From the NCBI GenBank assembly GCA_020630435.1, contig JAHDBJ010000005.1, forward strand, positions 93,440-157,439: 64,000 nucleotides of DNA, written 5' to 3'. The translations under genes were made by a program, and so were the position numbers. Shown here in pieces: positions 56,170-64,000 of this stretch (the first letter of the stretch is position 1; each line of letters starts with the position of its first letter). Under the pieces are notes generated by a model, which did no database searches, was not told the DNA's origin, and saw nothing but the letters and a program-made list of their open reading frames with translations. The DNA comes from Saprospiraceae bacterium (GTDB lineage: Bacteria > Bacteroidota > Bacteroidia > Chitinophagales > Saprospiraceae).

Positions 56170-59013
56170 TTATAGGCGAGGGGTATCTGTTGTTTTTTTG
56201 TCTGTTATTGCATCATAAATCACTTGATGCATTTTCCGACGGATTTTATTTTTTTGTTGCACCCTATTAAAAATAGTGGGATGTATACGATTCGATAAAT
56301 AAACAAAGACCAATTTTTCTTTAGGATCTATCCACATACATCCGCCTGTAAAACCGCTATGCCCATAAGCAGACATAGAAGCAGACTTCGCACAAGAATA
56401 ATTGCCCGTGACGGGTTTTTGTTTATCAAATCCTAAACCACGATGATTACCATGTTTTGAAGCTGTAAAGAAGTTAATGGTTTGCTCTTCTAAGTATCGT
56501 TTACCTCCATACTCCCCTTTATTCAACCATAACTGCCCAATGACCGCTAAGTCTTCAGCATTAGAAAAAAGACCTGCGTTCCCTGCTACTCCTCCTAGTA
56601 AGGATGCCGTTTCGTCATGCGGATAACCATGTACCAACTGACGTCGCCATTTTTCATCCTTTTCGGTAGGTATTATCATTTTTCTATCAAAACGATTCAA
56701 GGGCTGATAGCCTAATTTTCGAAGTCCTAAGGGTTGGTAAAATTCTTCATTGACATAAGCATCAATGCGTTTTTCTGATTTTATTTCAAATAGGCGATAT
56801 AAAATATTAAAATTCACATCGCTGTACCTATATTTATTCTTTTTGTAAGGTTCAATTTGATCAATATCACGCCATAAGGTGTCTAGATACTTTGGATTGA
56901 GGTAAAAATTATCGGCTACCTTAAATGTACAAACTTCCGTCAAACTATCTGTCATAGCTTTATTAAAACAGTAAGGCAATGTATCAGGCTTCATATACCG
57001 CCAAATCGGCATATTAACTTGTAAATTAGACTGGTGAGTATACAAATTTTTGATTGGTATTTTATTAATCTTAGATGAATCGCTTACTGGATAATGTTTA
57101 CTCAATTGGTCGTTGACTTTATATTTTTTTTGTTCATACAACTTCATCCCCATCATGGTAGTCGCTGCAATTTTTGTAATAGACGCAATATCATAAACAT
57201 CCGTCGTTTTGACCCTCCGTTTTTTTGCATAGGTATGAAAGCCAAAGGCTTTATTATAAATGACTTTTCCTTCCTTAGCTACTAGGACTTGGCAGCCTGG
57301 TGTCCCTCCTAAATATAACACCCGATTGGCTAAAGAATCAATCTTTTTCAAGGATTCGGATGATATCCCCACCTCTTCTGGAATGGTATATTTCAAACGA
57401 ATGGGTTTTAGCCTATCGCCACTCCCCTCCTCTATTTTATCTTTAATGGCTAAGGGCATTTTTCCTGTCGTCCCAATACCTCCAAATAAAATTTGAGCAA
57501 GGGCTTGTTCTGTATATTCATTTTGCTCAAACACCTGCAATTTAGCTAAAGCGGTATCTAGATGGAATAGATTTTCAGGATTACCATAGTTTATAAATAA
57601 AACCTTTGTCTCTTTTTGTAAATCCTGAATTGACTGCAAAAAACCTGCGTGTTTGAATGGATTTAAATTGATATTCGCAAGCGAAATAATCGTTGTATTG
57701 GCTTGTTTGAGTTGAGCTAAGTTTAAAGCAGGAATATCTCCTTCTTTGGGTTTTATTTTCTTAAAAAGTGTGTAATCTGCATATTTTTTAAATTGCTGTT
57801 CAAATACTTTGGGCGGCTCATCTCCAATATGAATCAATCGCAAATCTCTTTGATAAGTATACGAAAAAGGCAATAGCTTTTTAGTATTTAATGCGATAAC
57901 GGATGCCTCATTGAGTTGTTGGATAAGTAGTTTATCTGAAGTACGATGTACAAAATCAAACGCTTGAAGAGAATCCACTCTAGGAGGTAAGGTATCTAAA
58001 CCAACCCATTTTTTTGCAAGTAAGACCTTTTTCACTTTTTGATTTAAATCGTATTCAGAAATTGCTTTTTTATTGATTGATTTTTTATAAAAATTAAAAA
58101 CAGCCTTTGGTTCTTTTGAAATAAAAATATCAATTCCTGTATGATACATTGCTGGTATTGAGGCTTCATCTTTAACATCTCCGAGTAATAATCCTTTAAA
58201 CTTTAGATGTTCTTCAAGGTATGCTTCTAAGAAAAACCGAGGCAATTTCATTAGTGTATCAATTTTAAAAATACTCGGATCGATAATCATTCCCGATAGT
58301 CCATTGACCGTTAAATTGATACTATGATTATGCAGACTATCCAAGTAACCAATTGTATCGTTCTCTACTAAAACAAAATCTTTGAAGTGTTCTGCAAAGC
58401 CTAGTACATTATGCCTTTGAATACGCTGAAGCATTTTGGCATTTTCTTCTGTAAACTGAGTCTTTGTACCTGCTAAAACATCAAAATTAAATGTATTATT
58501 TTCAGTCTTTTGTTGTAATTCTAAGCCTTTCAAAAAGTGGATATTTAGAGCTTTTAAACTCTGAATAAATCGAGCTGAAATTTTATCTTTCGCCTTATCA
58601 TTTTCTACTGCTGCCATTGAAATTGCCTTAGGAAAATTTAAAGCATCCGAAAACTGGTTATTGATAGCAATATTTTGTGTTGTTCCATTTAATAAAGGTA
58701 ATCGACGCAATCGCTGAATAGAGTCTAACAAATGTATATAAGTCGCTAGATCAAATCCATCCGCTATTATTCCTCCAGTATGATATTGATTGATTTTGTA
58801 AAAAAGATGTTTGTCTTGGGGCGATGTCTCTAAAAAAATAAGTTGTCCTATTTTTTCATCTAAACTTAAGGCATTCAACATAGAATCTGCCCAAGTGGTG
58901 TTTAGCTCTAAAAACGGAGCATTTATTTTTTCATGCGCAGTATCATCTGTACGATTACAAGCATACATTAACAATACAACACCAAGTGAAAAATAAAGAA
59001 AAAACCGAACCAT
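56170..59013 (-). CDS. Fusion protein: N-terminal glycoside hydrolase family 3 (NagZ-like) domain + C-terminal class C beta-lactamase/serine hydrolase domain
   Basis: Lipoprotein signal (LLMYAC). GH3-like N-terminal half. C-terminal SxxK motif ASITKIAATTM with the downstream YTHQSN and HSGFTGG blocks typical of AmpC/PBP4-like serine hydrolases. Confidence 0.65.
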   Translation of the reverse strand: MVRFFLYFSLGVVLLMYACNRTDDTAHEKINAPFLELNTTWADSMLNALSLDEKIGQLIFLETSPQDKHLFYKINQYHTGGIIADGFDLATYIHLLDSIQRLRRLPLLNGTTQNIAINNQFSDALNFPKAISMAAVENDKAKDKISARFIQSLKALNIHFLKGLELQQKTENNTFNFDVLAGTKTQFTEENAKMLQRIQRHNVLGFAEHFKDFVLVENDTIGYLDSLHNHSINLTVNGLSGMIIDPSIFKIDTLMKLPRFFLEAYLEEHLKFKGLLLGDVKDEASIPAMYHTGIDIFISKEPKAVFNFYKKSINKKAISEYDLNQKVKKVLLAKKWVGLDTLPPRVDSLQAFDFVHRTSDKLLIQQLNEASVIALNTKKLLPFSYTYQRDLRLIHIGDEPPKVFEQQFKKYADYTLFKKIKPKEGDIPALNLAQLKQANTTIISLANINLNPFKHAGFLQSIQDLQKETKVLFINYGNPENLFHLDTALAKLQVFEQNEYTEQALAQILFGGIGTTGKMPLAIKDKIEEGSGDRLKPIRLKYTIPEEVGISSESLKKIDSLANRVLYLGGTPGCQVLVAKEGKVIYNKAFGFHTYAKKRRVKTTDVYDIASITKIAATTMMGMKLYEQKKYKVNDQLSKHYPVSDSSKINKIPIKNLYTHQSNLQVNMPIWRYMKPDTLPYCFNKAMTDSLTEVCTFKVADNFYLNPKYLDTLWRDIDQIEPYKKNKYRYSDVNFNILYRLFEIKSEKRIDAYVNEEFYQPLGLRKLGYQPLNRFDRKMIIPTEKDEKWRRQLVHGYPHDETASLLGGVAGNAGLFSNAEDLAVIGQLWLNKGEYGGKRYLEEQTINFFTASKHGNHRGLGFDKQKPVTGNYSCAKSASMSAYGHSGFTGGCMWIDPKEKLVFVYLSNRIHPTIFNRVQQKNKIRRKMHQVIYDAITDKKTTDTPRL

Positions 59014-59110
59014 ATTTTTTTGAATCTAAAAATTGAAGTCTACATATTATAGACGTAGGATCAAAAAAAACGGTTCGTAAAAAAGACTTTTTTTATAAAA
59101 AAGTTAACGT

Positions 59111-59743
59111 TTATTTTTTGAGTGGCACCCAAATTTCATCACGAACAGGTTTCTTCGTCAATTGTTGAATAGAATTGTAGATGAACTCTTTTTCAGTAAT
59201 CCCTCTATCGCCAATAAATTGATTAACAGCGTCTACTGAACTATCAAAGATCGGTGTTAAATCCAATTTCCAATCGCTCCCTTCTTTATTGAAATGAAAA
59301 GATAATGGTGCAGTTTGTCCTTGAGTTAACATTTGAACTTTGGCATCGGTTAGATTAATTGCCATTTCTCCTAGTGCTAGCGATTCAACGCCCTGCTTAC
59401 TAATCATTCCTTCTTCTACCGCACGTTGAAAGAGCTGTCGTTCATCCATCTTAAGAATATCTTCTTTAGGAATAATAGCACGAATAGATAAAACGAGCAT
59501 TTTATTTAATATCGGAAGGGCTTCTACTGTTGTACTATCAGAAGATAGTATATTCTTTAAAAGATCGTTATAGTAGTTTAAGGTCTTTTTATCTATTTGT
59601 TGAGAAGCTGTTGCGCCATCACCAGAAAGAATTGCCGTTTTATAGGCATCGAAATTTTCTTGTATCAATTCTTCATCTGTTTTATCTGGCGTACAAGCAA
59701 AAAACAAAATTAAAATCAAGGTGTAAAGGATATTTTTTTTCAT
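59111..59743 (-). CDS. Hypothetical lipoprotein
   Basis: Lipobox FFACTPD. Confidence 0.4.
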   Translation of the reverse strand: MKKNILYTLILILFFACTPDKTDEELIQENFDAYKTAILSGDGATASQQIDKKTLNYYNDLLKNILSSDSTTVEALPILNKMLVLSIRAIIPKEDILKMDERQLFQRAVEEGMISKQGVESLALGEMAINLTDAKVQMLTQGQTAPLSFHFNKEGSDWKLDLTPIFDSSVDAVNQFIGDRGITEKEFIYNSIQQLTKKPVRDEIWVPLKK

Positions 59744-59765
59744 TTTATGTAAACATTTTGAATTA

Positions 59766-60920
59766 TTATTTTGATGTTATTCCAATTCTTGACATCCAAT
59801 TGGTGATACTTTCTTTTTTAATAGCTGTCGCTAATAATGCTGGAAATTGCTCAGGTGTACAAGCAAAAGTAGGGATACTCATTGTGGAATATTGGGCTGC
59901 GATTTCTTGATCATAAGCGGGGCTTCCTTCGTCGCTTAATGCCAAAAGACATATCATTTGTACTCCCATAGCTTTTATGGCTGCTGTTCGCCTTAGCATT
60001 TCACTTTTATTTCCACCTTCAAACAAATCACTAATAAGAATAAAAATCGTATCATTAGGGTTTTGTGTTAGAGTCTCTCCATATGCCAAGGCTTTACTAA
60101 TATCTGTACCACCACCTAGTTGAGTACCGAAAAGTAATTCAACTGGATCGGATAATTCTCTAGTTAGATCCACAACGCTTGTATCAAAAACAACAAGATG
60201 TGTTTTAACAGAACGTAAGGAAGCGATAACCGCTCCACAAATACTGGCGTAGACGACAGAACTTGCCATAGAACCACTTTGATCCACTAATAGGATAACG
60301 TGTTTTAAGGCTTGTCCTTTTTTTCCATACCCTATTAAATGTTCTGGTATAATTGTTTTATATTCTTTTTGATAATTTTTAAGGTTTACTCGAATCGTTT
60401 TATGCCAGTCTATTTCATTAAACTTAGGGCGTCGATTGCGTACAGCTCTACTTAAACTGCCTTCTATTGCTTCTCGTAGTGGATTTTGAAGTTTTTTCTG
60501 TAACTCTTCGACTAATTTCCGAACAACAGCCTTGGCCGTTGCTTTTGTTTTTTCAGGCATTACTTTATTCAGACTCAGTAATGTACCTATTAGATGTACA
60601 TCAGGTTCTAGGTCTTGTAATAATTCTGGTTCTAGTAACATTTCCTGTATCCCTAGTTTATCTATAGCATCCTTTTGCATAATTCTTACTAATGGTGTTG
60701 GGAAATATTTTCGTATATCACCCAACCAACGATTCACATTAGGCACAGAACTCCCCAAACCGCCTCGGCGCTCCGAATCATAGAGTGCTTCCAATACATC
60801 ATCCATTCCTTTCATATCCTCCCCTTCCCCTGAACCTAATGCCACATCACCTTCAGGATCAGCCGTTTTGCCAAGTATAAGCCTCCATTTTTTTATATGT
60901 TCTTCTTCCTTTGGATTCAA
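59766..60920 (-). CDS. VWA domain protein (CoxE-like)
   Basis: MIDAS-containing VWA block ILLVDQSGSMASS ... GGGTDISKAL. The N-terminal helical region resembles VWA_CoxE proteins. Confidence 0.6.
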   Translation of the reverse strand: MNPKEEEHIKKWRLILGKTADPEGDVALGSGEGEDMKGMDDVLEALYDSERRGGLGSSVPNVNRWLGDIRKYFPTPLVRIMQKDAIDKLGIQEMLLEPELLQDLEPDVHLIGTLLSLNKVMPEKTKATAKAVVRKLVEELQKKLQNPLREAIEGSLSRAVRNRRPKFNEIDWHKTIRVNLKNYQKEYKTIIPEHLIGYGKKGQALKHVILLVDQSGSMASSVVYASICGAVIASLRSVKTHLVVFDTSVVDLTRELSDPVELLFGTQLGGGTDISKALAYGETLTQNPNDTIFILISDLFEGGNKSEMLRRTAAIKAMGVQMICLLALSDEGSPAYDQEIAAQYSTMSIPTFACTPEQFPALLATAIKKESITNWMSRIGITSK

Positions 60921-61245
60921 GTTGTATTTTTTAAACGTTCATATACTAAGGATTCTTACAAACGAAAGTACAAACTAATTACATTATCTAAATAACGATT
61001 ATAAAAAAACCTTTTGGAAACTTTTCTCCAAAAGGCTTTAAATAATCCAAAATATTGATATTGATCATAGGTCAATATACAGCTATTATAATGTAACATT
61101 CTTTTTTTTAAAAACCACCTACTTTTATCTTCCTCAAGAGCTTTAGCAGGTGGTCAAAATGTTATAAAGAAAAAATTGGTTAAAGAGGCTAAAATTTTTT
61201 CACACTTCTTCATAACATTGATATAAATACTAGGGGTGTCCTAGT

Positions 61246-62805
61246 CTATTTTTTTATTATTTTTTTGCTAAAATTTTCATTTGCTGTATTCACTTTTAGT
61301 ATATAAACTCCTTCAGGTTGTTTAGCAAAAGGAATAGTATGTCTTAAATATCCTTTGGGCACATCTAAGAATGTTTCATAAATCATTCGACCACTTAATT
61401 CAAAAATTTGGATTGTTACGTTTTGACTTTCAATATCTAGTTCAAATGTTATATCTTCCGTAAAAGGGTTAGGAAATACTACTAGATTCATACTCCTTTT
61501 TCCACATCGATCAATGCTAATCATTTGACTGTAATTGTATGAACCGTCGAAGTCTACTTGTTTCAAACGATAGTAAATTGTTCTCCCAAAAGTTTCATTA
61601 TCTTGAAATTGATAAAATTGAGCATTTGTAGTATTTCCTTTACCTTTTACTATTCCAATTGCAGTAAATATTCTGGCATCTTTACTTTTTTCAATTATAA
61701 AATAATCGTTATTTGTTTCTGAATCTGTCCTCCAATCCAAAACGATAGCAGACGATATACAAGTACTCGAAAATGCACTCAGTTCAACTGGCGTCACCAA
61801 ACAAGGTGGCTCTCCTGAAATATGTACCAAACTACAGTTATCTTCATTTACATTCATAATAGAAAAGTCATAACCTTTATTTCTAGGGTAATTGATTTTG
61901 ACTTTTGCTTTTCCAAAATTACCATCCGAAGGATTACCAAAGGATAATATCGCTGGTTCAGAGTCTATATCAGTCCCTTCTCCTGTATGCTCGACGATAT
62001 AGAAATCACCATTTATAGCACTAAATGTATATTCTAATAAATAATCTACCTCATTACAAGTAAAATTTATCTCTTCTTCCTGTGAAATACATATTGGGGG
62101 CTCTATATCACCACAACCATATCGAGCTTTGAAATTAATACTAAAATCGCCCCCATTTTGATCCCAAACCATAATGTAATAATTTGTTGGGTTTGATAAA
62201 TCAGGGGTAAAAAAGGGATCAGGTGCCCACCCACTCGTAAAATTAGTTCCACAAACGTCGTAAGTCAAATCCTCACAGTTTCCACTTAAATCATCAGCAT
62301 TTGTAGCACTTGTAGGTGCATTAGTATAAAATAATGCCCAACCTATATTATCTGGCCCACCAATAACTTGGAAATCAAATCCTCCAGAATATGCTCTTAT
62401 ATCAAAGTTGAGCCATAGTATTTTTTGCCCTACTTCAGGTCTAAGTAACATTACATCCATACCATTTACTGGATTTATACAATTTACTAGGTTTGGCAAC
62501 TCAAACATCCTAGGATCATAGACTCCATTCGATTGGATATTCGATTGTGTCTCAGCGGAACTTCCACACCTTACAATACCATTTGGACTAGGAGCATTAG
62601 GCAAGTCATTAATAGAGCCATCTATATTCCAAGTAGAGCCTTTTTCCCATCGAAGCGCCGAACATGGAGTTTGAGCTTTGCATATTAGTGGAACTAGAAG
62701 TATTAAAGTGCTAAAAATGCGAATAGAATTACAAAGTATGTATCTTTTGTAGTTTTGGTTAAAATAAAGGTTAAAGAAATAATGTTGAGGGTTAATTTTT
62801 TTCAT
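61246..62805 (-). CDS. T9SS C-terminal sorting domain-containing secreted protein, hypothetical function
   Basis: Signal/TM at the N-terminus. C-terminal VVFPNPFTEDITFELD...IQIFELSGRMIYETFL CTD, preceded by the same ~95-aa conserved domain found in the giant protein. Confidence 0.7.
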   Translation of the reverse strand: MKKINPQHYFFNLYFNQNYKRYILCNSIRIFSTLILLVPLICKAQTPCSALRWEKGSTWNIDGSINDLPNAPSPNGIVRCGSSAETQSNIQSNGVYDPRMFELPNLVNCINPVNGMDVMLLRPEVGQKILWLNFDIRAYSGGFDFQVIGGPDNIGWALFYTNAPTSATNADDLSGNCEDLTYDVCGTNFTSGWAPDPFFTPDLSNPTNYYIMVWDQNGGDFSINFKARYGCGDIEPPICISQEEEINFTCNEVDYLLEYTFSAINGDFYIVEHTGEGTDIDSEPAILSFGNPSDGNFGKAKVKINYPRNKGYDFSIMNVNEDNCSLVHISGEPPCLVTPVELSAFSSTCISSAIVLDWRTDSETNNDYFIIEKSKDARIFTAIGIVKGKGNTTNAQFYQFQDNETFGRTIYYRLKQVDFDGSYNYSQMISIDRCGKRSMNLVVFPNPFTEDITFELDIESQNVTIQIFELSGRMIYETFLDVPKGYLRHTIPFAKQPEGVYILKVNTANENFSKKIIKK

Positions 62806-63056
62806 GGTCTACTTCTTTATTGGTTAATAAATTCATTTTATCAAGACTAGAACCTAGTATTGAGTCCCCCTGTCTAATCATTGAAATATTGAATATATAT
62901 TTTGGACCACGAAACAAAAGTAGTTTAGTTGAACCTTATAAAAATGGACTTTCATCCCTTAAAAAAGTGCCATTACCCTAATAAATTTGACTTTTTATGG
63001 TCAATATTCTGCCATCTGTATAAAGGATCTGCATTTTCAACTTGTAAGAGCATTTT

Positions 63057-64000
63057 TTAAGGCAAATATTCGGAGGGTGTTTTGCCAAATCTTTTTTTAA
63101 ATTGAATAGAGAAATATTCGGGATTTTTAAATCCAACAGAAAATGCAGCAGATTTGACACTATAAACCAACCTTTTTTCTAATAATCGTCGAGCTTCTAT
63201 TAATCGAGCTTCTTTAAAATATTCTCCTGGTGATTTCCCTGTAAGTTGTTTCACTTTTCGATGAAATTGTCGCTCACTCATTATCATTTCTTCGGCCAAT
63301 GCACTCACTTTAGTATTACTACTGGCTAAATACATTTTCACCACATCTTCTAATTTTCCCAGCCACTCTAAGTCCTCTGTTGTTCTTTTAGAGGGGAGCA
63401 TATCTGAATTCGCTTCAGTAGACATAACCATATTTTCATTTTGTTCAGAAATTATTTTGGATTCTACTTGATGTTTTCTGTTGTTTAGAAATACATTTTC
63501 TATTCTTGCAATAAGCTCCTCCTCTTCAAAAGGTTTCAGCAAATAATCATCAATACCAATTCTAAGCGCTTTAAGTTTACCTTGTGTATCTGCTTTTGCC
63601 GTTAACATTATTACTGGTATATGACAAAAATAGTCTCGACTTTTTATTATTGTTAATAATTGATAACCATCCATTTCTGGCATTAAAATATCAGATAATA
63701 CCAAATCTATTTTTAGATTTTCATCATTTAGGCTCTCCATTAATAAATCTAAAGCGACTTGTCCATTCTCAGCTAAATGAACATTATACTGTTTTGATAA
63801 AGTTGATGCAAAGTAGACTCTAAGGTTATAATTGTCTTCTACAATAAGAATCGTCCTTCTATTTTTTATAAAACTAGGAATTTCATTATAAATATCTTTT
63901 GTTTCCACTACACCATTTAAAACCAATTTATCGGATACCTGTGCTTGTCCTAAAACCTCTATTCTTGGAAATTCTATATAAAAAATACTCCCTCTATTCA
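63057..64000 (-). CDS. Hybrid sensor histidine kinase / response regulator with C-terminal AraC-type HTH (5' end outside the window)
   Basis: Reading frame is open to the window edge (...NRGSIFYIEFPRIEVLGQAQ looks like the end of an HATPase_c domain). Then a receiver domain (ILIVEDN...DLVLSDILMPEMDGYQL...IPVIMLTAK) and an AraC HTH (C-terminal GKTPSEYLP). Confidence 0.75.
   Translation of the reverse strand, partial: NRGSIFYIEFPRIEVLGQAQVSDKLVLNGVVETKDIYNEIPSFIKNRRTILIVEDNYNLRVYFASTLSKQYNVHLAENGQVALDLLMESLNDENLKIDLVLSDILMPEMDGYQLLTIIKSRDYFCHIPVIMLTAKADTQGKLKALRIGIDDYLLKPFEEEELIARIENVFLNNRKHQVESKIISEQNENMVMSTEANSDMLPSKRTTEDLEWLGKLEDVVKMYLASSNTKVSALAEEMIMSERQFHRKVKQLTGKSPGEYFKEARLIEARRLLEKRLVYSVKSAAFSVGFKNPEYFSIQFKKRFGKTPSEYLP

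Noticed and set aside
62978-63160. 60-aa ORF overlapping the 3' end of the AraC-type regulator
   Set aside because: Overlaps the HTH-encoding end of a well-supported gene. Likely spurious.
1-64000. Search for CRISPR arrays, tRNA/rRNA genes, integrases, transposases and phage genes
   Set aside because: I saw no regularly spaced direct repeats, no GC-rich cloverleaf-like segments in intergenic regions, and no recombinase or transposase motifs. None is claimed.

Overview
AT-rich (about 35% GC by eye) chromosomal segment that looks Bacteroidota: TAnnTTTG-type -7 promoter boxes, no Shine-Dalgarno use, and two cargo proteins with type IX secretion (T9SS) C-terminal sorting domains. It is dense with coding sequence and mixes housekeeping genes with several accessory-looking islands. 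Housekeeping genes recognised: bamD, lysA, a YceI-like gene, hup (HU), rng (RNase G), plsC, tspO, trmD, fadD, rlpA (with SPOR domains), rfaE domain II, ubiE/menG, acpH, ychF, a serA-like dehydrogenase, an MqnC/MqnE-like radical SAM gene, prs, pyrD, pckA, GH31 and GH3 hydrolases. Accessory islands: (i) a minus-strand cluster (9.6-14 kb) of extremely charged, low-complexity, mostly secreted proteins. One carries a 30+ residue poly-Asp tract encoded by a GAT/GAC microsatellite plus a (KG)n tract, and a NlpC/P60 peptidase carries a polybasic tail. (ii) An NfeD-MORN repeat-flotillin operon. (iii) A 1586-aa T9SS adhesin-like giant containing three near-identical ~565-bp tandem DNA repeats. (iv) A Ser-rich triple-repeat secreted protein next to a large polytopic membrane protein that may be GT-C-like. 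(v) A second T9SS cargo gene flanked by an orphan VWA protein and a hybrid histidine kinase/response regulator/AraC gene truncated at the window edge. A 31-codon, extremely basic ORF (bS22/THX-like ribosomal peptide candidate) lies upstream of rng and is missing from the ORF track. Several rho-independent terminators are visible, some bidirectional. I saw no tRNA, rRNA, CRISPR array, integrase or transposase. All domain calls come from motif recognition by eye. No database search was run.
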